Source of the DNA: Candidatus Aldehydirespiratoraceae bacterium
Lineage (GTDB): Bacteria; Actinomycetota; Acidimicrobiia; Acidimicrobiales; Aldehydirespiratoraceae
NCBI GenBank assembly: GCA_965208435.1
Contig: OZ242337.1
Coordinates: forward strand, 2,572,588 to 2,636,587
Direction: 5' to 3'
Length of the DNA: 64,000 nucleotides
Shown in pieces: positions 35,148-43,512 of this stretch. The stretch's first letter is position 1; each line of letters begins with the position of its first letter. Below the pieces are notes generated by a model. It did no database searches. It saw only the letters and a program-made list of their open reading frames with translations, and was not told the DNA's origin. A program made the translations under genes and the position numbers.

Positions 35148-35516
35148 TCAGGCGGCGCTGGAGGCGCTGCTCTTAGTTGATTTCGAGCCGTTCGAAGACG
35201 ACCCGGAACCACCCGACGAGGAACTCGAATCGCTCTTGGCGGCGTCCGACTCGCTCTTCGACTCGCTCTTCGACGAATCCGATTTGGACCGTTCAGACGC
35301 CCTGGCCCGGGCGTTCGCACCGTGATCGTTCTTGTAGAAGCCCTCACCCTTGAAGGAGATCCCCACCTTGGAGAACACCTTCTTGACAGGCGCGTCGCAC
35401 CGCTCGTCCTCATTGCCGTGGACCTGAGTGCAGCGCGTCAGGGGCTCGTCGCGGAACGACTGCCACATTTCGAACATCTCTCCGGTCCGCTGACACCGAT
35501 AGTCGTAGGTGGGCAC
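35148..35516 (-). CDS. FmdB-family zinc-ribbon protein with Ser-rich tail
   Basis: It has the N-terminal MPTYDYRC, the motif FKGEGFYKND and a long S/K-rich C-terminal tail. The Cys pattern is partially degenerate. Confidence 0.7.
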   Translation of the reverse strand: MPTYDYRCQRTGEMFEMWQSFRDEPLTRCTQVHGNEDERCDAPVKKVFSKVGISFKGEGFYKNDHGANARARASERSKSDSSKSESKSESDAAKSDSSSSSGGSGSSSNGSKSTKSSASSAA

Positions 35517-35567
35517 GAAAACGGAGGATACCCGTACCGACAGCGCCCGCCACCATACGATGGTCGG

Positions 35568-36131
35568 GTGATCGAAGTTGTCGCCCTTGTGGTTGGCGCC
35601 TACGTCGTAGGAATGTTCCCGACCGCGACGATCGTGGGCCAGCGGCTGGGTGTGGATCCGACACGGGAAGGCTCAGGCAATCCGGGCGCTTCCAACATCT
35701 ATCGTCTCGCAAGCCGCAAAGCCGGCGTGATCGTGGGGCTGATCGACATGGGAAAGGGCGCGGCCCCTGCGGCGCTGGCTCTGATGGTGTCAGGCCGACC
35801 GGCTGCGCACGCCGTCTGGGTGGCGGCGGTGGTCGGGCATGTCTGGCCGGTCCTGCGAGGCTTCCGCGGCGGCAAGGGGGTGGCTACCGCGGGTGGTGCG
35901 GGTCTGATGATCAGCCCGATCATCGGCCTGTTGTGCGCGCTCACCTTCCTGGTCGTGGTGAAGGTTCTGAGAGTCGCCGCACTGGGGTCGCTGTCGATCG
36001 CCTTCTCGTACCCGCTGCTCGCCACGATTGCGGGTCTTCCGAGGGGGGAGATCCTGGTGTCGATCGGGGTCGCCGCGATCCTTGTGCTGCGTCACCAGTC
36101 CAACATCCGTCGGCTCCTGTCGGAGCGCTAG
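35568..36131 (+). CDS. plsY: glycerol-3-phosphate acyltransferase PlsY
   Basis: It has the GSGNPGASNIYR motif. An in-frame GTG start at 35568 was chosen to avoid overlap with the fmdB-like gene. Confidence 0.8.
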   Translation: MIEVVALVVGAYVVGMFPTATIVGQRLGVDPTREGSGNPGASNIYRLASRKAGVIVGLIDMGKGAAPAALALMVSGRPAAHAVWVAAVVGHVWPVLRGFRGGKGVATAGGAGLMISPIIGLLCALTFLVVVKVLRVAALGSLSIAFSYPLLATIAGLPRGEILVSIGVAAILVLRHQSNIRRLLSER

Positions 36132-36198
36132 AGGCCCAGCGGACTGATCCCGAACACAACCGAGCGGGATTCGAGCGGAGCGAACAAGAGCGGAAGAA
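36131..36198. repeat. short copy of the intergenic repeat family
   Basis: gaggcccagcggactgatcccgaacaca...gagcgaacaagagcggaaga aligns with both ends of the unit at 27949-28043. Confidence 0.6.
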
Positions 36199-36200
36199 GA

Positions 36201-37475
36201 TTGCCGTCAAGTAGGCGCGCGGCGGTGGCATCTGCTGTGGAGTTGGGGCACGCTTTAGGTGTGATCCCGCTGCACGAAGCTCGCTCGTACGTCCTCGACC
36301 GGGTCGACCGCCTGGGCGCGGTGTCGGTCGCACTGGCCGACGCAGCCGGTCTGGTCCTTTCAGATCCGGTTGTCGCCCACGAACTGGTACCGCCCTTCGC
36401 CAACACTGCGATGGACGGTTTCGCTGTCGTTGCTGCCGACACGGTCGGCGCCCCGGTCACCCTCGAAGTGACGGGCACGGTGGCTGCGGGTGCTCCGGCG
36501 ACTCAACCGCTGAAGCCGGGTCAGGCAATGCGCATCATGACCGGAGCACCGATGCCTGAAGGCGCTGATGCAGTGGTGATGGTGGAGCGGACCTCGTATG
36601 ACCCCGAGAACTCGCAGGTTGACGTGGAGATCACGGTTGACGAAGGCAACCATGTGCGCGAGGCGGGGGAGGACGTACAACCCGGTGATGAACTGTTCGC
36701 GCCACCAACGGTGCTCGGCGCCGGCCATCTCGGAGTGTTGGCCAGCGTCGGGTTGTCTGCGGTGCGTGTTCACCGCAGACCGGTCGTAGGGGTCCTGTCG
36801 ACCGGTGATGAACTCGTCGACGACGGGCGACCACTGCAACCAGGAGAGATAAGGGACTCGAACCGGCGCACCCTGCTGACGATGCTGGACGAGTCAGGCA
36901 TGGAACCCGTCGATCTCGGCATCGCCCGCGACAACGAGGCAGACATTGCCGAAGCCTTCTCCAGCGGCGCTGCGCGCTGTGATGCGATCCTCTCGTCGGG
37001 CGGCGTGTCGATGGGGGCTTTCGACTATGTGAAAGTGGTGTTGGACCGTCTCGGCGACATGCGTTGGATGCAGATCGCCATCAAACCCGCGAAACCGTTC
37101 GCGTTCGGGCTGATCGGAACAACGCCGGTGTTCGGACTTCCGGGCAATCCCGTTTCGTCGATGGTCAGCTACGAACTCCTGGCGCGTCCCGCACTGCGGA
37201 AGATGGCGGGCCACGAACGCATTGATCGGCCCGTCCGGCGAGCCGTCAGCGAAGAGCCGTTCGGTCGCCACGACGACGGCAAGACCCATTTCGCGCGAGT
37301 GACCGGCGGCCCGGACGAAACCGGGCGCTGGCACGTTCGCAAACTCACCGGGCAAGGTTCGCACCAGCTGACGGCAATGGCCCGCGCCGACGCGCTCGCG
37401 ATCATTCCCGCCGGTACCGAGATAACCGCCGGCGATGAGGTGGAGATCATCCCGATGGGTACGGTGGTGGGATGA
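36201..37475 (+). CDS. moeA: molybdopterin molybdotransferase MoeA
   Basis: It has MRIMTGAPMPEGADAVVMVE and the SGGVSMGAFDYV motif. Its stop overlaps the moaA start (ATGA). Confidence 0.85.
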   Translation: MPSSRRAAVASAVELGHALGVIPLHEARSYVLDRVDRLGAVSVALADAAGLVLSDPVVAHELVPPFANTAMDGFAVVAADTVGAPVTLEVTGTVAAGAPATQPLKPGQAMRIMTGAPMPEGADAVVMVERTSYDPENSQVDVEITVDEGNHVREAGEDVQPGDELFAPPTVLGAGHLGVLASVGLSAVRVHRRPVVGVLSTGDELVDDGRPLQPGEIRDSNRRTLLTMLDESGMEPVDLGIARDNEADIAEAFSSGAARCDAILSSGGVSMGAFDYVKVVLDRLGDMRWMQIAIKPAKPFAFGLIGTTPVFGLPGNPVSSMVSYELLARPALRKMAGHERIDRPVRRAVSEEPFGRHDDGKTHFARVTGGPDETGRWHVRKLTGQGSHQLTAMARADALAIIPAGTEITAGDEVEIIPMGTVVG

Positions 37476-38455
37476 CCACGCAGTTGATCGACGGTTTCGG
37501 TCGAGTTCATCGCGACCTGCGAATCTCCGTCACTGATCGTTGCAACTTTCGCTGCACCTACTGCATGCCCACCGAAGGGATGCAATGGCAGCGCCGCGAA
37601 GACCTGCTCTCGTTCGAGGAGATCGAACGTTTGGCCCGGTTGATGGTCGAGCGTTTCGGGGTGAACGCAATCCGGTTGACGGGCGGAGAGCCCACGGTGC
37701 GTGCCAAGCTGTCGATTCTCGTCGCCAAGCTGTCAGCGCTCAACGTTGATCTGGCGATGACGACCAACGGAGTCACGCTGCCGCTTCTGGCCGACGAACT
37801 TCGCACGGCGGGTCTCAAGAGAATCAACATCTCCTTGGATTCGTTGCGGGCCGGTCGTTTCACCGAGCTCACCCGACGCGATGACCTTCCCCGAGTGCTG
37901 GAAGGCATCGAAGCGGCCCTGCAAGCAGGTTTTGATCCCGTGAAGATCAACGTCGTCGTGATGAAGGGCGTCAACGACGATGAGATCGTCGATTTCGCCC
38001 ATTTCGGGCGCGACCGATCTCTGGTGGTGCGGTTCATCGAGTTCATGCCTCTCGACGCCGACGAAGGTTGGAGCAACGACCAGGTGATGACTCAGGCGGA
38101 GATCCTCGCGAGTCTCTCCGCCGAATTCGAGTTGGTGCCGATTGCCCGGACCTCTGCGCCGGCCACGCGCTGGCGATACGCAGACGGCCGTGGCGAGATA
38201 GGGGTCGTGGCCAGCGTGAGCCAGTCGTTCTGCGATTCGTGTGACCGGGTTCGAATCACCGCGGACGGGCAGTTCCGCAACTGTCTGTTCGCGACCGAGG
38301 AGACCGACGTTCGCGCCTTGTTGCGCAACGGAGCGGGCGACGACGAGATTGCCGAAGCACTGCAACGGTCCGTGTCGTCCAAGTGGGCCGGTCACAGCAT
38401 CAATCAAGTACACTTCATCCGTCCCCGCCGCTCAATGTCAGAAATCGGGGGCTGA
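37472..38455 (+). CDS. moaA: GTP 3',8-cyclase MoaA (radical SAM)
   Basis: It has the CNFRCTYCMP radical-SAM motif and a C-terminal CDSCDRVRITADG cluster. Confidence 0.9.
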   Translation: MTTQLIDGFGRVHRDLRISVTDRCNFRCTYCMPTEGMQWQRREDLLSFEEIERLARLMVERFGVNAIRLTGGEPTVRAKLSILVAKLSALNVDLAMTTNGVTLPLLADELRTAGLKRINISLDSLRAGRFTELTRRDDLPRVLEGIEAALQAGFDPVKINVVVMKGVNDDEIVDFAHFGRDRSLVVRFIEFMPLDADEGWSNDQVMTQAEILASLSAEFELVPIARTSAPATRWRYADGRGEIGVVASVSQSFCDSCDRVRITADGQFRNCLFATEETDVRALLRNGAGDDEIAEALQRSVSSKWAGHSINQVHFIRPRRSMSEIGG

Positions 38456-38604
38456 CCCCGGGTCTGCCGGCGCAGGGTGAAGCGGGCATCAGCAGGAAGG
38501 GTCTGCATCCAACGGCGTGTGCTGCGACCTCCCAGTTGCGATGGTATTTCTTGTGTTGGGTAGTTCGGCGTAGTTGTGGTGTGCTGCGACCCTTCTAGAC
38601 TCTT

Positions 38605-39093
38605 GTGATGGCCGATCATGGGTTCACGCATCTGGATCCTTCGGGCCGTGCTCGAATGGTTGACGTCACTCCCAAGGAGCTGACGCACCGCAGGGCGATT
38701 GCTCGCGGCCGCGTGCTGATGACCGCTGAGACCGCATTGGCTGTAGCCCAGGGGGCAATCAAGAAGGGAGATGTGTTGGCGGTTGCGCGCGTCGCGGGGA
38801 TCCAGGCGGCGAAGCGTTGTTCGGATCTGGTCCCTCTGTGTCATCCGCTGCTTGTGGGCGCAGTCACCGTCAACTTCGAGATTCTCGACACCAGTATCGT
38901 GATCGAGTCCCAGGTTGAGACGGTCGACCGCACGGGAGTGGAGATGGAGGCCCTCACCGCCTGTAGCGTTGCTGCGCTGACCGTCTATGACATGTGCAAG
39001 TCGAAAGATCGTTCGATGGTCATCTCAGACATCGCCCTTTGGGAGAAGACCGGAGGCCGTTCGGGCCAATACCGCCGTGACGAACGGTTATGA
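38605..39093 (+). CDS. moaC: cyclic pyranopterin monophosphate synthase MoaC
   Basis: It has FTHLDPSGRARMVDVTPK and the LVPLCHPL motif. Confidence 0.9.
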   Translation: MMADHGFTHLDPSGRARMVDVTPKELTHRRAIARGRVLMTAETALAVAQGAIKKGDVLAVARVAGIQAAKRCSDLVPLCHPLLVGAVTVNFEILDTSIVIESQVETVDRTGVEMEALTACSVAALTVYDMCKSKDRSMVISDIALWEKTGGRSGQYRRDERL

Positions 39094-39226
39094 CGACTCA
39101 CGATAACAAATAGTCGATAGCAAATCATTGATTTTGCGTTTCGATTGTAGTAGAACTGTAACTTAGTTCTGGCTTTTCCGAGAACCGCGTTCACTCAACC
39201 GCAACCTTCTGGGAGTACAACACCAC

Positions 39227-39703
39227 ATGTCGGAGTCGATCATCATTGTAGCCTTGGCAGCTTGTTGGGCCCTGTATTTCGGTTGGTATTTGAGGCTGCG
39301 GTTCCAGAGTTCGGTGGAGGACAGTGATCGCGTGAGTTCCTTCTCACAGGGGCTGGGCACTCTCGGGGTTGCGCGAGAGGCGCGAGACCAGCCATTGACG
39401 GCGGTCTACGGTTCCTCTCCGCTGGTGCCGCGGGGAGGGCAGGGCGCAGCCCGTCGGCGCCGCGATGCAGGGATCGCCCTGAGTATGGCATGCTTGACAA
39501 CCTTCTTTGCAGCGTTGGCCTTCGGCCCGCTGTTGTGGGCAGTCCACGTTCTGGTCGTTGTCGCCACTGCTTCTTTCGCCTTCTTTGCCGCACGGCGCCG
39601 CAGCATCGTCGCTGAGCGTGAGATGAAGGTCCATATGCTCTACCCCGATCGTGTGATCGATCACCGTGCGCATGTAGGCGTCGGCAGAGCTGCCAACGGT
39701 TAG
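39227..39703 (+). CDS. hypothetical membrane protein
   Basis: 158 aa with an N-terminal TM helix and two central TM segments. It is preceded by an unusually AT-rich 130-nt spacer. Confidence 0.5.
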   Translation: MSESIIIVALAACWALYFGWYLRLRFQSSVEDSDRVSSFSQGLGTLGVAREARDQPLTAVYGSSPLVPRGGQGAARRRRDAGIALSMACLTTFFAALAFGPLLWAVHVLVVVATASFAFFAARRRSIVAEREMKVHMLYPDRVIDHRAHVGVGRAANG

Positions 39704-39775
39704 CACTGTCAAAGGGAAATTGAAGAGTTGGAGGTGCGGGACCCCGGCCGCGCGACGCTACGATTGCCGGTCGCA

Positions 39776-39848
39776 GGGGGTGTAGCTCAGTTGGTAGAGC
39801 GCCTCGGTCGCATCGAGGAGGCCAGGGGTTCAATTCCCCTCACCTCCA
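39776..39848 (+). tRNA. tRNA-Ala (anticodon CGC)
   Basis: Hand-folded cloverleaf with acceptor GGGGGTG/CACCTCC including G3:U70 and D arm GCTC-AGTTGGTA-GAGC. The anticodon stem is CCTCG/CGAGG with loop GTCGCAT, and the T arm is GGGGT-TCAATTC-CCCT. CCA is not encoded. Confidence 0.9.
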
Positions 39849-39901
39849 CTGCGTTTCCTTGATTCGGCTGTCGGATCGTTGGGATAACCGTCCATGGAAA
39901 T

Positions 39902-41572
39902 CTAGCGGGGGGCGGGACGGAAGTCGTTGCGTCCGGTGATGCAGACGGGGTCGCCGCTGCGTCGGATGAACGGCAGAGGCTGATCGCACGGGAAGATGAA
40001 GTCCAGCGTCTGGATCGCGTCGGAGGCCTGCGTCTTGTCGGGGCGGATGGAAGCCGGGGTCATGCCGTTGACGTCGACCGGGCCCAGGTTGACGAGCGCT
40101 TCATGGACGTCGGCGAGAGTCGGGTTGTCGCCTGCGTCGTACAGTGTCCGCGCCATGAGTCGGATGATGTGGCAGACGGTCTCGGTCATGCCCCAAGCGG
40201 AATCGCCCAAGGTCCGCCAATCGTGGCTGGCGCCCGACGGACTGTGCGCTCCGTACAGTTCGTTGCAGAGTCCGGCCATAGCGTTGGGTTGGAAGTCCGG
40301 ATCCCTGAACTCACCGGTGGTCTTGAAGTCGATGATCCTCGCGCCGTTGTAGAGGATCCCGGCTTCGACATTGTTGGCGATCTGACCGGCCACGAGCTCG
40401 TTGGCCTGCGCGCCGTATTCGCTGGCGAAGAAGCGCACGTCTCCGGGTTCATAGCCCTGATTCACCATTTCTGCGATGTAGCCGGGCGCAGAGACCACGT
40501 TGAGGACGTTGAAGAACCCGTCTACGCCGGCGTTGACCATGTTGGTGACGGATTCAGGGGTGCCTCCGAAGCAGATCGTTCCGCCCCCGCAGTCGATCAC
40601 GTCGAACACGACTTCGAATCCGGCTTCGCGCAGCGGGACCACCAGGCCGTCCTCGACGGCCTCGGCCTCCCCCGGAGTGTTGCCTGCTGCGACACCGAGC
40701 GTCAACCCCTCGAGCTCACCGCTCGATAGCAGGTCGGAAACCATGAAGCGGAGGGTCTCCTCAGACGACGGATTCATGGTGATCAACAGGCCGCCGGCGC
40801 GTTCGAGGAACTCCTCGGGCTGGCCGGAGTTGCTGATGAACGCGGTCTGCTGCTCTTCGGTGAGGCACAGATTGGCGGTACCCCCGAAGCCGGTGCTGTT
40901 CATCACGATCACGGCGCCGAAATCCTCAGTCATCGCCAGACAGGCGGCGTTGCGGCTGCCGTCGACGTCGGCGCCGAGCACGTCCGCCTCTGCGTAGCCG
41001 AGGTCGAGCATGCGGCCCCTGATCCCCCCGCACTGCTCGTTGATGTAGTCGACGAACACCTCGTACATCTCTTTCGGGTCGCCGACGGGAACGGCGAACC
41101 CGATCCCGGTCAGGTCTTCGAGCCGACTGCGAATGTGCCCGACCTTGATCGAGTCGGCAGTGATTCCGCGATCCGTGTCGACACGGTCGGCGGCCGGTTC
41201 ATGCGGCAGGCAGAAGCTGTCGTGCTGCATGAACGGATGGCCGCCGCGGTCGAAGCCCTGCTGGAACTCGGCAAAGATACCGCCCCGAGGATCCTCATAG
41301 ATGTTGGGACCGGCAACCTCATCGTCGGTCGGCATGTCGTCGCCGGCCTCCGCAGCAGCGTCATCGCCGGTGGTCGTTTCGGGAGCATCGTCGGCGTCGT
41401 CGTGGGTTGCGTCTGTCTCGGGAGCGTCGTCACCGGAATCGTCACCCTGCTCGGTTGTGTCGCTACCGTCGGCATCGTCGCTCGAATCGTCGGTCGTCTC
41501 CCCGCCGCAGGCCGCGGCGAAGAAAACGAACGCCAACAGGACCGCAAGCCAACTGAACCGTCGGTTGTTCAT
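39902..41572 (-). CDS. ABC transporter substrate-binding lipoprotein (Liv/PBP1-like), paralog A
   Basis: It has the signal/lipobox FFAAACGG, an acidic D/E/T linker and a large periplasmic-binding-type body. It is adjacent to Liv-type permease/ATPase genes. Confidence 0.8.
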   Translation of the reverse strand: MNNRRFSWLAVLLAFVFFAAACGGETTDDSSDDADGSDTTEQGDDSGDDAPETDATHDDADDAPETTTGDDAAAEAGDDMPTDDEVAGPNIYEDPRGGIFAEFQQGFDRGGHPFMQHDSFCLPHEPAADRVDTDRGITADSIKVGHIRSRLEDLTGIGFAVPVGDPKEMYEVFVDYINEQCGGIRGRMLDLGYAEADVLGADVDGSRNAACLAMTEDFGAVIVMNSTGFGGTANLCLTEEQQTAFISNSGQPEEFLERAGGLLITMNPSSEETLRFMVSDLLSSGELEGLTLGVAAGNTPGEAEAVEDGLVVPLREAGFEVVFDVIDCGGGTICFGGTPESVTNMVNAGVDGFFNVLNVVSAPGYIAEMVNQGYEPGDVRFFASEYGAQANELVAGQIANNVEAGILYNGARIIDFKTTGEFRDPDFQPNAMAGLCNELYGAHSPSGASHDWRTLGDSAWGMTETVCHIIRLMARTLYDAGDNPTLADVHEALVNLGPVDVNGMTPASIRPDKTQASDAIQTLDFIFPCDQPLPFIRRSGDPVCITGRNDFRPAPR

Positions 41573-41655
41573 CTGGTTTCTCCGATTGCTTGTTCAATGC
41601 TTGTCAAACAATTGCTCGTTCAAGCAGGGCTTGTTCAAGCAGGATCGGGGGAGGT

Positions 41656-43332
41656 CTACCGGGGGGCGGGGCGGAAGTCGTTGCGTCCTGTGATGCAGAT
41701 CGGGTCGCCGCTGCGCCGCACGAACGGCAGGGGCTGATCGCACGGGAACGAGAAGTCAAGCGTCTGGATGACGTCAGCCATCTGGGTCTTCCCGGGACGG
41801 ATCGACGCCGGGGACATCGCGTTGTTGTCGATCGGACCCAGGTTGATGATCGCCTCCTTCACATCAGCGACAGTCGGGTTGTCGCCCGCGTCGTACAGGC
41901 CGCGGGCCATGATCCGGACGATCCCGCAGACGCTGCCGACCATTCCGTAGGCCGAGTCTCCCAGGGTCCGCCAGTCGTGGCTGGCACCCGACGGACTGTT
42001 CTCGTTGTAGAGCGTGTTGCACATGTCGGCCATCGGGTTCGGCTCATAGGTCGAGTCCCGGTACTCTCCGGTGGTCCTGAAGTCGATGACCTTGGCACCG
42101 TTGTAGAGGTTGCCGGCCTCGACATTGTTGGCGATCTGACCAGACACGAGCTCAGAGGTCTGAGAGTTGAAGTCCGAAGCGAAGAACTGCACGTCTCCGG
42201 ACTCATAGCCCTGGTTGACCATCTCGCCGATGTAACCGGGCGCAGAAACCACGTTGAGGACGTTGAAGAATCCGTCGACACCGGCGTTGACCATGTTGGT
42301 GACCGACTCGGCGACACCGCCGAAGCAGATCGTTCCGCCGGCGCAGTCGATCACGTCGAACACGATGTCGAACCCGGCTTCACGCAACGGGATCACGAGA
42401 CCCTCCTCCACAGCCTCGACCTGCCCCGGCGTGTTCGGTGCGGCAACACCCAACGTGAGGCCGTCGAGTGCTCCACTGTTCAGACTGTCGATGACCATGA
42501 AACCGAGGCTCTCCTCGAGCGTCGGCGACAACGACAGCAACAGGTCGTTCCCACGGGCCATGAACTCCTCGGTCTGGCCCTGGGTCGAGATGAATATCGT
42601 CTCCTGCTCCTCGACCAGGCACAGGTTGGCCGTGCCCTGGAAACCGGTGCTGTTCATCACGATCACAGACTTGTGGTCCTCGGTCATGGACAGGCACGCA
42701 GCGTTGCGGCTGCCGTCGACATCGGAACCGAGAACTTCTGCCTCTGCGTACCCGAGGTCGAGCATGCGGCCTCGGATGCCACCGCACTCCTCGTTGATGT
42801 AGTCGATGAAGACTTCGAAGATCTCCTTCGGGTCGCCGACGGGAACGGCGAATCCCAGACCGGTCAAGTCCTCGAGCCGGCTCCGGATGTGGCCGACCTT
42901 GATCGAGTCGGCACTGATTCCGTCATCGGTGTCGACGCGGTCGGCGGCCGGATCATGGGCCACACAGAAGGCGTCGTACTGCATGAACGGGTGGTCGCCG
43001 CGGTCGAAGCCCTGCTGGAACTCGGCAAAGATACCGCCCCGAGGATCCTCATAGATGTTGGGGCCGGCTACCTCTTCGGGCTCCGACATGTCGTCGCCGG
43101 TCTCTGAAGCAGCGTCGTCGCCGGTGGTCGTTTCGGGCGCGTCGTCGCCGTCGGCGTCGTCGCGGGTTGCGTCTGTCTCGGGCGCGTCGTCTCCAGAATC
43201 GTCGCCCTGCTCGGCTGTGTCGCCGTCGTCGGCGTCGTCGCCCGAGTCTCCGGTCGTCTCACCGCCGCAAGCAGCGGCAAAAAATAGGAAAGCCAGCAGA
43301 ACAGCTAGCCACCGGAACCGTAGGTTGTGCAT
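41656..43332 (-). CDS. ABC transporter substrate-binding lipoprotein (Liv/PBP1-like), paralog B
   Basis: It is collinear with paralog A over the whole length and has the same lipobox. The start is taken at MHNLRFRWLAV. Confidence 0.8.
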   Translation of the reverse strand: MHNLRFRWLAVLLAFLFFAAACGGETTGDSGDDADDGDTAEQGDDSGDDAPETDATRDDADGDDAPETTTGDDAASETGDDMSEPEEVAGPNIYEDPRGGIFAEFQQGFDRGDHPFMQYDAFCVAHDPAADRVDTDDGISADSIKVGHIRSRLEDLTGLGFAVPVGDPKEIFEVFIDYINEECGGIRGRMLDLGYAEAEVLGSDVDGSRNAACLSMTEDHKSVIVMNSTGFQGTANLCLVEEQETIFISTQGQTEEFMARGNDLLLSLSPTLEESLGFMVIDSLNSGALDGLTLGVAAPNTPGQVEAVEEGLVIPLREAGFDIVFDVIDCAGGTICFGGVAESVTNMVNAGVDGFFNVLNVVSAPGYIGEMVNQGYESGDVQFFASDFNSQTSELVSGQIANNVEAGNLYNGAKVIDFRTTGEYRDSTYEPNPMADMCNTLYNENSPSGASHDWRTLGDSAYGMVGSVCGIVRIMARGLYDAGDNPTVADVKEAIINLGPIDNNAMSPASIRPGKTQMADVIQTLDFSFPCDQPLPFVRRSGDPICITGRNDFRPAPR

Positions 43333-43512
43333 CGGACCCTCCAAGTTTGAGCGCCGCGTGGGTTCACGGCACAGCCAGAATTGTTGCCTCAAGTGACGCG
43401 CGACACAAATCGCCGCTCAGGTTTCTTGGCTCGATTTGCTTTCTCGATACTGGCGCGGCTCTGCTTGTGCGGTAATGATGTCGGCGCACAGAACAGTCAA
43501 TCTGGGGGGCCG

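Noticed and set aside
38456-38604. Spacer between moaA and moaC with a duplicated 13-mer gtgtgctgcgacc (about 38517 and 38578), considered as a Moco riboswitch.
   Set aside because: There is no recognisable Moco-motif consensus, and the position, inside the operon downstream of moaA, is atypical. It is left as an unexplained short repeat.
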